A DNA stretch of 63,207 bases, filler included, from Octopus bimaculoides (lineage: Eukaryota), in NCBI RefSeq assembly GCF_001194135.2. It is 5 parts of 4 records of this genome, joined end to end, with 100 filler letters (N's around TTAATTAATTAA, not from the genome) between each part and the next. Parts side by side here need not be neighbours in the genome. Positions count along the whole stretch, not along the records: positions 1 to 11,259 come from NC_068997.1; positions 11,360 to 21,729 come from NC_068991.1; 3 more parts are not named here. One strand, written 5' to 3'. Below are positions 1-13,652 of this stretch, one piece after another. A program made the position numbers and the translations under genes. The notes beneath the pieces were generated by a model, which did no database searches, was not told the DNA's origin, and saw only the letters and a list, made by a program, of their open reading frames with translations. Numbering within the stretch: position 1 is the first letter of the stretch; each line of letters opens with the position of its first letter.

Positions 1-62
<62 letters not shown>
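1..62. repeat. (ATT)n microsatellite, probably the (TAA)n tail of a minus-strand non-LTR element
   Basis: Pure ATT run, directly abutting a unique 3'UTR-like segment. Confidence 0.9.
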
Positions 63-63
<1 letters not shown>

Positions 64-155
64 GTTCAGTAGTTTTATTTTTATAACGTGCTTTCACTTC
101 ACTACCGAGCGCAGATCTGTGCGCCTTGGGTATGTGCTGTGGTTTGCTGTGACCT
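63..155 (-). mobile_element. Probable 3' UTR remnant of a (TAA)n-tailed non-LTR retrotransposon (R4/Dong-like)
   Basis: The minus strand reads ...GCTCGGTAGTGAAGTGAAAGCACGTTATAAAAATAAAACTACTGAAC then (AAT)n. The tail type matches the Dong-like copy at 19570-21064. Family call is inference. Confidence 0.45.
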
Positions 156-664
156 TCATCCTCGGCTGCCCCACATATATCATTATGATTTCGACACCTG
201 GGCAGTACCATTCAATCCGCCAGTGTCAACAGCACTAAAATAAGTGTTGTTTGGGAACAAACAAACCCCCCAAAAATCACGACTTTCAAACATATTTACC
301 CAATGTACGACCGTATCGATAAATATATTCCATAAGTAAATTGCAACCACTCCTAAATACGTAACTAAACAGCGACAAATCTATTAAGTCATCAAAAAAT
401 TATAATCCCTATCGTCTTCCGTAGTGTAATATAAAAGTAAAGCTTAATAGCTACACTATTTCAATCAATCAATATAAAAGCAGGATTAACACTAACCTTA
501 CTAAAAGTACAAGAAAAGTCATTTAGATCAATGAACGTTGTATCAGTATTAATAATAAACTGCAATAATCATTGTTATGTTCAGTTATAATTAAAACTAT
601 TTTACAGTAACTCCATAGGTTACTTTATACTTTTGTAGAGTAAAAATTTATTATTTACTTATAC

Positions 665-746
665 AAGAATGATGTTGACAGTGACTTCGAAGTTTTGGGC
701 AGCCATCGTCGGCTGTCCGAACATCGAAGTCATTGTCAACATTCTT
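665..746 (+). other. ~31-bp imperfect hairpin flanked by a 12-bp direct repeat (mini-MITE or pre-miRNA-like)
   Basis: Arms 673-704 and 711-741 are reverse complements with a 6-nt loop. TACAAGAATGAT occurs at 662-673 and 748-759. Confidence 0.75.
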
Positions 747-859
747 CTACAAGAATGATAATATATANNNNNNNNNNNNNNNNNNNNNNNNNNNNNNNNN
801 NNNNNNNNNNNNNNNNNNNNNNNNNNNNNNNNNNNNNNNNNNNNNNNNNNNNNNNNNNN

Positions 860-891
<32 letters not shown>

Positions 892-1445
892 TATATACAT
901 ATATATATATATATAATATTAATATGTATATGATATCAATATAATATAAATATATATATGATATATATATATATATACACATATAATATTAATATATATA
1001 TGCATGTATAAATGTATGCATATATGCATATAAATACATATAAAAGTATATATGTTCAGCACAATTACATATACATACATATATGTATATATATATATGC
1101 ACGTATGCATGCAGACGCACACACGCACTGGAGCGCGCGCGCAAACATGTACACACATACACACATACACACGCACATGTTTCTGCGTATGTGTCATTCT
1201 TCGTTTCAGTAAGGCTACATGTTTACATAAATGCAGTAATCAGTGTGCACAGGTAAAAGACTACGATTCTCTCCAATCAATTCACAATTAAATATAGACA
1301 TATACACCTCTGTGTCTGTGTGTTCTATGTTCCTGCGTATACCTGTCTACATGGATTACTGTGTGTGCCTGTGCTACCTTCATGTGTATGCTTGGGTCAA
1401 TACGTCTCTTTTGCATGTGTGTGTTTAAGTATCTATTAATATTTA

Positions 1446-1511
<66 letters not shown>

Positions 1512-2157
1512 CTTCATTATATTTCTGGATGTGCGAGAATAAAATTACATGCGTCTTTGTTCAGGAGTCCGACTTTTTGTGCATATGTGTGTATGTTTAT
1601 AGGTGGCGTTTCTATATATATATACATATGTGCGTGTGAGTGCATGTGTGTCTATGTGTCAGACTGTTTATATTCGTGTGTTGTGTATTTATGTGTGTAT
1701 AAGGAGGAACATTTCATTTCATCAAACATTAAATATACTAAAATAAGCGGTAAGGACTAAAATGCGAATTAATTATATAGTAGTATTTTATGGAGCTAAA
1801 GAGGAATATAAAGGAATTAACAAAGACTTCCACAGACACATCCGCAAACGCACACACCTGCATTAATAAGCAGGTGTGTGCATCTTACACGTATATGCAT
1901 ACACACAGAAACACAATGACGTACATCGTCATTTGTACAGAAGCTCGGAGATACACATAAAGATATTTCTCCATATGTATAAGTACGATATGAGACCAGA
2001 CACACTGACACACACATATGCGTATCTATAGAAGCATGGATAAACAGTATTTAATGATTATTTGTTACGAAATACAGTTAATATAACAAGGTTGTGCACA
2101 TGCATGCAAGAATATTTATATATATGTAGGTATATATATTTATGTATATACATACAT

Positions 2158-2219
<62 letters not shown>

Positions 2220-2569
2220 ATGTATATATATGTATATATATATATATATATATATGTAAGTATATATATTTATATATAGATATGTATATATATATATACA
2301 TACAGACAGACAGACACAAACATACAAATACAAATATATATATGGATTTATGTATATAATATAGTATAAGATGTATGTATGTGTTTATAGATATACATGT
2401 ATGTAGATATATATACACACACATGTATACATATATACTACATATTATATAATATAATATGTGTGTGTAGAAATACGTGTGCATGCGTGGCAAATATGTA
2501 TGTGAATATACTCACGCATATATATACATACATACATAAATATGTGTGTGTATGTGTGTGTGTGTGTGT

Positions 2570-2654
<85 letters not shown>

Positions 2655-3238
2655 TACAGTATACATGCAGGCATGCATACATAGCTATCAACACAGGCAT
2701 AGCGATGTAGTTAAAGTAGTTAAGCTCTGTTGGCAACCACGTGGTTTCGCCTACAGTCCAACAGCATGCACCTTGGGCGTCTTCAACTCTCTTTGCCACA
2801 CTCTTACACACACACACGTACTCTCCATTAGTTTCTGACATTCTCCCTCTCTCTTTCTCTTTCTCCCTCTCAACACACACTCATACACACACTCACTCAC
2901 ATACTCACATATTAATATATAGTAAAAATATACGACTATGCGTGCAGTCACCTGGTCCATATTTTTATAGGCACTAATTACATATAAACATATACATACA
3001 TAAGCATGTGTGTGTGTGCTAAACACTTTTGCATGGTTACTAATTATTCAGAAAACGCCCATGCTGGGACACAACGTTCAGGTGTTTTTCCGAATGTTGT
3101 AGTAAATATTTTCAGTTAAGTATGTTATTTTCTGGAAGCGTATGCCCAGCACAAGATGGCCATTTCCTAATCAACCAGGTTCAATAATAAGGATATAACA
3201 CACACATACGCTCACTCAGTAACTCACATATCTACGGA

Positions 3239-3288
<50 letters not shown>

Positions 3289-3654
3289 TTATCTTTGAAT
3301 ATATCTGTCTGTCTGATTCTCTCTTTCTCTCCCTCCTTACATACATACAATAATAGATACAAACAAACACACACGCATACACACACACGCACACACTCAC
3401 ACACATATACATATAGATACATAGTTATATATGTATGTATGTGTATGTATATATATGTATATACATCGCATGTACTCCCATACAGAAATGCACACACATA
3501 AAGGTGTTACATTCATAAACACACACAGATACTGACGCATTCTTGGACTTCGAAATCTTCATTATTTAGATCTTTTATTAGTTTTCAATACCCCTTATAA
3601 TACTGGAGAAATGATGATCACAAATATCATATATAAATTATAGTATCTATCTAC

Positions 3655-3707
<53 letters not shown>

Positions 3708-3712
3708 CATCT

Positions 3713-3756
<44 letters not shown>

Positions 3757-4989
3757 NNNNNNNNNNNNNNNNNNNNNNNNNNNNNNNNNNNNNNNNNNNN
3801 NNNNNNNNNNNNNNNNNNNNNNNNNNNNNNNNNNNNNNNNNNNNNNNNNNNNNNNNNNNNNNNNNNNNNNNNNNNNNNNNNNNNNNNNNNNNNNNNNNNN
3901 NNNNNNNNNNNNNNNNNNNNNNNNNNNNNNNNNNNNNNNNNNNNNNNNNNNNNNNNNNNNNNNNNNNNNNNNNNNNNNNNNNNNNNNNNNNNNNNNNNNN
4001 NNNNNNNNNNNNNNNNNNNNNNNNNNNNNNNNNNNNNNNNNNNNNNNNNNNNNNNNNNNNNNNNNNNNNNNNNNNNNNNNNNNNNNNNNNNNNNNNNNNN
4101 NNNNNNNNNNNNNNNNNNNNNNNNNNNNNNNNNNNNNNNNNNNNNNNNNNNNNNNNNNNNNNNNNNNNNNNNNNNNNNNNNNNNNNNNNNNNNNNNNNNN
4201 NNNNNNNNNNNNNNNNNNNNNNNNNNNNNNNNNNNNNNNNNNNNNNNNNNNNNNNNNNNNNNNNNNNNNNNNNNNNNNNNNNNNNNNNNNNNNNNNNNNN
4301 NNNNNNNNNNNNNNNNNNNNNNNNNNNNNNNNNNNNNNNNNNNNNNNNNNNNNNNNNNNNNNNNNNNNNNNNNNNNNNNNNNNNNNNNNNNNNNNNNNNN
4401 NNNNNNNNNNNNNNNNNNNNNNNNNNNNNNNNNNNNNNNNNNNNNNNNNNNNNNNNNNNNNNNNNNNNNNNNNNNNNNNNNNNNNNNNNNNNNNNNNNNN
4501 NNNNNNNNNNNNNNNNNNNNNNNNNNNNNNNNNNNNNNCTACATACATCTCCAGCTCGTTATTCAGGATGCCAAGATGAGGTGTTAATGTGGTTAGCCGA
4601 GCCCCACCCATGCACTTGCCTCCTGTGTTTCAAAGCTGTGTTAATCTAGTTCTCAACTGGAAATCGAAGGGCGGAGCTGCTGTTGATGAGGTCCTCGATA
4701 AAGTTTCTTTTTGCCTTTGAAATATAAGTTTTAGACCGAAAAATTTGTGTTGGAAGTCAATGAAGGGTTCATGACAGAGCATCTAACATACCTGATACAA
4801 GAGTGTGACGGCCACCATTTTTATACAGACACACACACATATATGCTTGTGGGTGTGCGTGTGTCTGTGAAAGAAATTGTGTGGTTGGGAACCGGACTTC
4901 TTACATGCATATATTATACACAGTGCTCCCGTAGCCCCCATATATGTGTGTCTGTGTGTGTGTATGTGCGTGTGTGTGTATGTATTTAT

Positions 4990-5620
4990 AAATATATATA
5001 TAAATTTATTCTATTCTTTTACTTGTTTAAGTCATTTGATACTTGCCATGCTGGAGTACTGTCTTTAGACGAAGAAATCGACCCCATGACTTATTCTTTG
5101 TAGGCCTAGTACTTTATTATATCGGACTCTTTTACCGAACCGCTAATTATCGGGGACGTAAATACACCAACATCGGTTGTGAAACGATGGTGGGGTGGGG
5201 GGACAAACACAGACAAAAACACACACAATCACACCCCTAAATATATATATACACACATATAGGCGCAGGAATGGGTGTGCGGTAAGTAGCTTGCTTACCA
5301 ACCACATGGTTCCGGGTTCAGTCCCGCTGCGTGGCACCTTGGGCAGGTGTCTTCTACTATGGCCTCAAGCTGACCAAAGCCTTGTGAGTGGATTTGGTAG
5401 TCGGAAATTGAAAGAAGCTCGTTGTATATATGTTTATATATATACTTTTATATATATGCATGTGTATGTGTATTAGTGTGTCTGCGTTTGTCCCCACCCC
5501 ACCACAACATTGCTTGACAACCGATGCTGGTACGTTTGCTTCTCCGGGAACGATTTGCTCGACTAAAGGCGATGCTCCAGCTTGGGCACAGTCAAATGAC
5601 TGAAACAAGTTAAAGAATAA
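4990..5620. mobile_element. Cluster of tRNA-derived CORE-like SINE pieces (family B): minus 3' half 4990-5200, plus 5' half 5260-5425, plus 3' half 5470-5620
   Basis: Head GGCGCAGGAATGGGTGTGCGGTAAG..GGTTCAGTCCC..GTGGCACCTTGGGCAGGTGTCTT. The tail ..CGACTAAAGGCGATGCTCCAGC..CAGTCAAATGACTGAAACAAG recurs many times in the window. Confidence 0.85.
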
Positions 5621-5634
5621 AAGAATATATAAAT

Positions 5635-5685
<51 letters not shown>

Positions 5686-6410
5686 NNNNNNNNNNNNNNN
5701 NNNNNNNNNNNNNNNNNNNNNNNNNNNNNNNNNNNNNNNNNNNNNNNNNNNNNNNNNNNNNNNNNNNNNNNNNNNNNNNNNNNNNNNNNNNNNNNNNNNN
5801 NNNNNNNNNNNNNNNNNNNNNNNNNNNNNNNNNNNNNNNNNNNNNNNNNNNNNNNNNNNNNNNNNNNNNNNNNNNNNNNNNNNNNNNNNNNNNNNNNNNN
5901 NNNNNNNNNNNNNNNNNNNNNNNNNNNNNNNNNNNNNNNNNNNNNNNNNNNNNNNNNNNNNNNNNNNNNNNNNNNNNNNNNNNNNNNNNNNNNNNNNNNN
6001 NNNNNNNNNNNNNNNNNNNNNNNNNNNNNNNNNNNNNNNNNNNNNNNNNNNNNNNNNNNNNNNNNNNNNNNNNNNNNNNNNNNNNNNNNNNNNNNNNNNN
6101 NNNNNNNNNNNNNNNNNNNNNNNNNNNNNNNNNNNNNNNNNNNNNNNNNNNNNNNNNNNNNNNNNNNNNNNNNNNNNNNNNNNNNNNNNNNNNNNNNNNN
6201 NNNNNNNNNNNNNNNNNNNNNNNNNNNNNNNNNNNNNNNNNNNNNNNNNNNNNNNNNNNNNNNNNNNNNNNNNNNNNNNNNNNNNNNNNNNNNNNNNNNN
6301 NNNNNNNNNNNNNNNNNNNNNNNNNNNNNNNNNNNNNNNNNNNNNNNNNNNNNNNNNNNNNNNNNNNNNNNNNNNNNNNNNNNNNNNNNNNNNNNNNNNN
6401 NNNNNNNNNN

Positions 6411-6453
<43 letters not shown>

Positions 6454-7061
6454 ATATGTATGTATATTCATATATATATAAAAGCTCATGTTAAACCTGT
6501 CGACGAATGCAGGCTACAGTCAGGAACGCTTTATACCATTAAACAGAACAAAGTTAGTGAAGCAGTTATACCAAAACTCTCAGAGTATTTCCATTCATTG
6601 AACGTCCTAAACTGATACCTAATTTTAATGAACTTAAAAGGGTGGAAAGACAAATTGACCTTGCTGGAATTGAAGCAGAGAGCACGTAGAAACGAATTAT
6701 TCATCACAAATCTGATCCCTTTATCCATGTTGCCAACTTTATGGTTGAGTGTGTCTCTGTGTCTATGGGTGCGTATATATATACATCTTGTTTATGTATG
6801 TATAATTGTATGTATGTGTGTATATATGTATGTATGTGGATATATATGCATATATATATAAATATATATATACATATATAAATATATATATATATACATA
6901 TATAAATATATATATATATACATATATAAATATATATATAAATATACGAATACATATCTACGTTTTTGTTCACAGAAGTTGATCAAATTATCTGGACAGC
7001 GTCTTGTCGGAAATATCGATAGGAAATAAATTAATGAGACATAGTTGTGCTTTAAGTCCTC

Positions 7062-7255
7062 CAACTCTAAGCACAAGGCCCGAAATTTTTGGTGGGCAGC
7101 CGATTACATCGACCCTAGTACGCAACTGGTATTTAATTTATCGACCCCGAAAGGATGAAAGGCAAAGTATACCTCGGCGGAATTTAAACTCAGAACATAG
7201 AGACGGACGAAATACCTCTGAGCATTTCGCCCGGCGTGCTAACGTATCTGCCATT
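7062..7255 (-). mobile_element. tRNA-derived SINE, family A
   Basis: The reverse complement has the TGGCAGA..CGTTAG A-box-like and GAGTTYAAATTCC B-box-like motifs plus the body CCTTTCGGGGTCGATAAATTAAGTACCAG shared by more than 12 copies here. Confidence 0.9.
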
Positions 7256-8621
7256 TCACTTCCTTATGTATATACTAACAACAGTTTATTATTACCTAAA
7301 AAACAATAAATTCTGTTAAGAAAATACTAACCGAGCTTTAAGTGAGTTTAGAAATGTTGATTCACTGAGAATATCTCAGGCATGGAAACCCAAATATCTC
7401 AGGCATGCAAATCAGAAGCTGGTTCAACTGAGCGGTGAGTTGCAAAAAAAGAATGTACTAATTTGTATTATCATTCGTTTGCAGATTATTACAAACGAAT
7501 ATTTTCCAAAATTGCAACTTTTGCCAAAATTGGAACTTTTCCCAAGGCCTACTGCAGTTATTGCCAAATACAATATTCTTCGTTTTCATAAAATTTAAAA
7601 GTATTTTAGCTGTTGCTTACGTATTGAACTCTGTTCTCTAATAAAAAAAAAAAAAAATCGGAAACCATGTTCTAAACTTGTGTTCTACGGCCTGGAACAT
7701 ACACATATATAGATGCATGCACACGTACATGTATAAGTCGATTTTATTATTAAGATAGATATATTAGCGGAGGGGCACACTCATTAGCTCATGCATAAAC
7801 ATGTTCAAAATAAAAGTAGACAACCATACACAGAAAGTCACCTAGTCANNNNNNNNNNNNNNNNNNNNNNNNNNNNNNNNNNNNNNNNNNNNNNNNNNNN
7901 NNNNNNNNNNNNNNNNNNNNNNNNNNNNNNNNNNNNNNNNNNNNNNNNNNNNNNNNNNNNNNNNNNNNNNNNNNNNNNNNNNNNNNNNNNNNNNNNNNNN
8001 NNNNNNNNNNNNNNNNNNNNNNNNNNNNNNNNNNNNNNNNNNNNNNNNNNNNNNNNNNNNNNNNNNNNNNNNNNNNNNNNNNNNNNNNNNNNNNNNNNNN
8101 NNNNNNNNNNNNNNNNNNNNNNNNNNNNNNNNNNNNNNNNNNNNNNNNNNNNNNNNNNNNNNNNNNNNNNNNNNNNNNNNNNNNNNNNNNNNNNNNNNNN
8201 NNNNNNNNNNNNNNNNNNNNNNNNNNNNNNNNNNNNNNNNNNNNNNNNNNNNNNNNNNNNNNNNNNNNNNNNNNNNNNNNNNNNNNNNNNNNNNNNNNNN
8301 NNNNNNNNNNNNNNNNNNNNNNNNNNNNNNNNNNNNNNNNNNNNNNNNNNNNNNNNNNNNNNNNNNNNNNNNNNNNNNNNNNNNNNNNNNNNNNNNNNNN
8401 NNNNNNNNNNNNNNNNNNNNNNNNNNNNNNNNNNNNNNNNNNNNNNNNNNNNNNNNNNNNNNNNNNNNNNNNNNNNNNNNNNNNNNNNNNNNNNNNNNNN
8501 NNNNNNNNNNNNNNNNNNNNNNNNNNNNNNNNNNNNNNNNNNNNNNNNNNNNNNNNNNNNNNNNNNNNNNNNNNNNNNNNNNNNNNNNNNNNNNNNNNNN
8601 NNNNNNNNNNNNNNNNNNNNN

Positions 8622-8682
<61 letters not shown>

Positions 8683-9612
8683 TATTATAGTTCCTATGCA
8701 ACTATGCATGCTTATGTATGTATGAAGATATGCATATATGTATACATATGTATGTATGTATATATACATATGTATGTATGTAGAGCTGTATTTCTCCTGT
8801 GTTGCATATAGCATTTTTGATGACGGTTATGATGATGATCACATTAATAATGATCATCATCCATATGAGCAAATATATTTATATATAAATAGATACATTC
8901 CATACACACACACACACATATACACACGCACACACATACACATATATATATTTATGTGAGCGAACATGTATATATATACATACATACATACATACATGCA
9001 TATGATTATGTATACATTTGTGTGTATATATATAATGAACCACAAATTTTGTAAAATTTTATGAAAATCATAATTTAGAAAGTACAAACATTATGACGTT
9101 ACATGACTTAGCCTTGATTGCTTTGAATATGGTGAACAGAGATGTTTGAGGAACAAAGAGACAACCTGCTCATGAGTTCGAAACAGGAGTGGGCTTATTA
9201 CCCACTGATGTAAAGATGTGGTCGAGACTTGCTTTGGAAAAACTCTGCCACTCATTTGTTGTATGGTTATATATATATAAACATATATGTGTATACATAT
9301 ACATATATTATATATATATATANNNNNNNNNNNNNNNNNNNNNNNNNNNNNNNNNNNNNNNNNNNNNNNNNNNNNNNNNNNNNNNNNNNNNNNNNNNNNN
9401 NNNNNNNNNNNNNNNNNNNNNNATATATATATATACATATATAAGCACACAAGCACACATACACGCATACACACACATATATGCATGAATGTATGTACGT
9501 ATATATTTTCAAATATAAACATAAATAGAGATAGGTACAAATATATATATATATATGTAAAAACATACACATATCTCTTTATATAAGTATATACACATTC
9601 ATATGAAGCATA

Positions 9613-9652
<40 letters not shown>

Positions 9653-9741
9653 GGAAGTATGTCTATATATATATATATATATATATATGTATACATGTGT
9701 GTGTGTATATATGTAAATATATATGTATATATAAATATATA

Positions 9742-9777
<36 letters not shown>

Positions 9778-10213
9778 TGTATCTATCTATCTATCTATAT
9801 CTATATATATATATATCTATAAAATATAGGTACATAACTGTCTGAATACACATACATACAGTGAAATATATATAAATATACGCTCACATGTGTGTTTACG
9901 TACACACGCATGCACACGCTTACTCATGGGAGTGTTATATGTTATGTGTGTACGAATATATATGTATATATGTACGCACACATACAGAGACAAACGCGCG
10001 CGCACACACATACAAACGTAAGCGCGCGGACACGCACTTCCATACAAACAAACAAACACGCACACATGTATGTTGTATGAAGATGCCAATGATGGCTGCC
10101 TTAAACCGATGCAATCACTGGTATATCCGGTAAATTTTAACCGTCACAGCACTATGCTATTTCTCCTTGAACCTTACACGCGGGTGCGACTGTGACATAA
10201 CTACACCTATCTA

Positions 10214-10262
<49 letters not shown>

Positions 10263-10272
10263 GTTTCTCTGC

Positions 10273-10336
<64 letters not shown>

Positions 10337-10564
10337 ATAACTATCTATCTATCTATTTATCTATCTATATGTCTGTCATTCTCTCTGCCTGCCTGTCTGT
10401 CTGTCTGTCTGTCTATATCTATTTATCTGAAAATTCCTATGTACGTGCATATATTAATTATGTATATATCTATAGATCTACATAGTAATATATAAGTATA
10501 AATATATATATGCATATATAATATATAACATAAAAATATAAATATGAATATATATATATATCTG

Positions 10565-10597
<33 letters not shown>

Positions 10598-11142
10598 ATA
10601 TATATATATATACATATATAAGCACCAGCATGACCGCAGCCACTTGGCTGAAACACATAAATAAAAAATAAATATATATTTATATATTTATATACATATA
10701 TATACATATATATATATACATATATATATTTATACACACATACACATATATGTATGTATGTATGAATGCATGTTTCTATATTCATTACTTTTGTGCTTTG
10801 GCCTCAGTAATTTTTTAGTCCCTCTGGAGAGCAAATTAGTCTGTTACTTAGTAAATATGCTAAAGTAGGGATATTAAAATTTAGTGAATTCGAGTTAGAT
10901 GCCATGCCATCCGGTATAAAGGGGCAAAGTTAAAAGGGGTGTAATGGATGTCTGCAAATAGGCATGTGCACAAGTCACAGATTGCAACTGGAGACAGGGA
11001 GGAGGCTACATTTAATTGATAGCATATGAGTATACATGTAAGAGGCCCATAGAGACCATATATATGTATATATATAACTGTGTGTGTTTTTGCGTGTAAG
11101 TGGGTGTGTATGTGTTTTTATGTAAGATTTTATATATACATA

Positions 11143-11216
<74 letters not shown>

Positions 11217-11509
11217 AAGAGAGACAGATTCAACTATATATATATATATATATATATATNNNNNNNNNNNNNNNNNNNNNNNNNNNNNNNNNNNNNNNNN
11301 NNNTTAATTAATTAANNNNNNNNNNNNNNNNNNNNNNNNNNNNNNNNNNNNNNNNNNNNAGAGAGGAGGTGAGCGAGAGAGTTAGGGAGAGAGAAAGCGA
11401 GTGAGAGAGAAAGAGAAAGTGAGAGGTTGATGTAGAGAAAGTGAGCCATATGCACACATATATATTAAATTATATCTTGCGGTATAAACAATACTGTATC
11501 TTATTGATG

Positions 11510-11820
11510 TGAAGACGCGTGCTGTAGTGGATCGGTCATTAGGTTTCGTCCGTTAGGTCATGGGTTCGAGTCTCTGACTGAACAGTGCTTCATTTCTTGT
11601 TGTACCGCTATATTTAGTTGAAAATGAGCCCTGTGGCTCTTGCGGGCGATCTTCTGTCCTTCTGTCCACAATATCAGATATATATAAATGAAGAAAACCT
11701 CCAATGATAGGAAGCCTTTATGTGGTCGCTTAACCTAAGAATATAGTACTAACTGTATCGGCTGAGAAAGGACGGTGACAGAGGAAATTACTTTGATGAT
11801 GTGTCTGCTTGATCACGGTG
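11510..11820 (+). mobile_element. Old tRNA-derived SINE (divergent family)
   Basis: A-box-like GCTGTAGTGG and B-box GGGTTCGAGTCTC about 45 nt apart, followed by a SINE-type body (GAAAATGAGCCCTGTGG). Confidence 0.55.
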
Positions 11821-11999
11821 TTCTTTAGCTAGGACTAAACGACAACATTAGCACAAAACTATTTACTTTTTCACTGTTTATTGGCGTGTTAGAGATAGCA
11901 GCCAAATGAGTCATGCAGCACACTCTACTACCTTTAAAAGAAAGGAGACTTTCGATAAGATAGACCCTGGTACACTTTACCTTCATATTGTTGAATTTT

Positions 12000-12161
12000 A
12001 GTCGAGCAAATCGACCCCAGAACATATTCTTTGTAAGCCTAGCACTTATTCTATCGTTCTCTTTTACCGAACTGCTAATTTACGGGGACGCAAACACAGC
12101 AGCATCGGTTGTCAAGCGATGTTGGGGGGATGGACTCAGACATACAAACATATACACATAG

Positions 12162-12204
<43 letters not shown>

Positions 12205-13290
12205 NNNNNNNNNNNNNNNNNNNNNNNNNNNNNNNNNNNNNNNNNNNNNNNNNNNNNNNNNNNNNNNNNNNNNNNNNNNNNNNNNNNNNNNNNNNNNNNN
12301 NNNNNNNNNNNNNNNNNNNNNNNNNNNNNNNNNNNNNNNNNNNNNNNNNNNNNNNNNNNNNNNNNNNNNNNNNNNNNNNNNNNNNNNNNNNNNNNNNNNN
12401 NNNNNNNNNNNNNNNNNNNNNNNNNNNNNNNNNNNNNNNNNNNNNNNNNNNNNNNNNNNNNNNNNNNNNNNNNNNNNNNNNNNNNNNNNNNNNNNNNNNN
12501 NNNNNNNNNNNNNNNNNNNNNNNNNNNNNNNNNNNNNNNNNNNNNNNNNNNNNNNNNNNNNNNNNNNNNNNNNNNNNNNNNNNNNNNNNNNNNNNNNNNN
12601 NNNNNNNNNNNNNNNNNNNNNNNNNNNNNNNNNNNNNNNNNNNNNNNNNNNNNNNNNNNNNNNNNNNNNNNNNNNNNNNNNNNNNNNNNNNNNNNNNNNN
12701 NNNNNNNNNNNNNNNNNNNNNNNNNNNNNNNNNNNNNNNNNNNNNNNNNNNNNNNNNNNNNNNNNNNNNNNNNNNNNNNNNNNNNNNNNNNNNNNNNNNN
12801 NNNNNNNNNNNNNNNNNNNNNNNNNNNNNNNNNNNNNNNNNNNNNNNNNNNNNNNNNNNNNNNNNNNNNNNNNNNNNNNNNNNNNNNNNNNNNNNNNNNN
12901 NNNNNNNNNNNNNNNNNNNNNNNNNNNNNNNNNNNNNNNNNNNNNNNNNNNNNNNNNNNNNNNNNNNNNNNNNNNNNNNNNNNNNNNNNNNNNNNNNNNN
13001 NNNNNNNNNNNNNNNNNNNNNNNNNNNNNNNNNNNNNNNNNNNNNNNNNNNNNNNNNNNNNNNNNNNNNNNNNNNNNNNNNNNNNNNNNNNNNNNNNNNN
13101 NNNNNNNNNNNNNNNNNNNNNNNNNNNNNNNNNNNNNNNNNNNNNNNNNNNNNNNNNNNNNNNNNTATATATATATATATGGTTAGCTTAGCGCTATAAC
13201 AGAAGACACTTGCTCAACTTGACGTGCAGTGGGATTGAACCCGAAACCACGTCGTTGCAAAGCAAGCTTCTGAACCACATGCCTATACTC
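12000..13290 (-). mobile_element. Family B SINE spanning an assembly gap (3' half 12000-12150, 5' half 13180-13290)
   Basis: Both halves match other family B copies on the minus strand. The central (TA)n tract is lost in the gap. Confidence 0.7.
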
Positions 13291-13487
13291 CTGCGCGTGT
13301 TTATGTTTATCGGTGCAAACCGGTGAGACGAGTCTTTTGATGTTGAAAAGTTAAATTATCATTCTTTACGTAGAGATTTAAAATAAACACCGGATTGACA
13401 GAAATACTTTGCTATATATCACTGTCTGTTGCAGTAAAAGGTGGTGTCATAGTTTAGCCGCTATCCATTGACTATTCAGTAAGTCAC

Positions 13488-13516
13488 TGAACACAGAACG
13501 TTGTGTTCTGTGTTCA
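13488..13516. other. Perfect 12-bp inverted repeat with 5-nt loop
   Basis: TGAACACAGAAC-GTTGT-GTTCTGTGTTCA. Confidence 0.9.
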
Positions 13517-13652
13517 AAGAACACACACATAGTGTTTGGGTTAAATTTTTTAACAGTTTGCATAAAAGCAAAAGTAAACACAATGTCCCGTCCAAAGATA
13601 AAAACGTTTAAATATCGAAATAGCCACTAGATAATGTCTGGAAGATAACAAT

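Noticed and set aside
659-3501. Many YI/CV/HT-rich ORFs here and throughout the window
   Set aside because: They are translations of (TA)n, (TG)n and (CA)n microsatellites.
3703-4611. Long ORFs spanning N-gaps (also 5563, 7791, 12109, 17680, 33296, 37891, 45371, 53045, 55338, 57402)
   Set aside because: They are open only because N codons are not stops.
4680-4750. TGATGA-GGTC...GACC-GAAA hammerhead-like match
   Set aside because: C3 is absent and no stem I, stem III or NUH can be formed. The minus strand reads like LINE ORF2 linker (SKAKRNFIEDLINSSS), so it is probably coincidental.
9090-9270. Minus-strand coding-like stretch (EWQSFSKASLDHIFTSVGNKPTPV)
   Set aside because: It has an internal stop, no splice context, and I cannot assign it with confidence. 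It may be an old transposase scrap.
11304-11315. TTAATTAATTAA centred in N-runs (also 21774-85, 35125-36, 50752-63)
   Set aside because: The identical 12-mer has stops in all six frames and always sits inside ~100-nt gaps. It is a synthetic scaffolding spacer, not biology.
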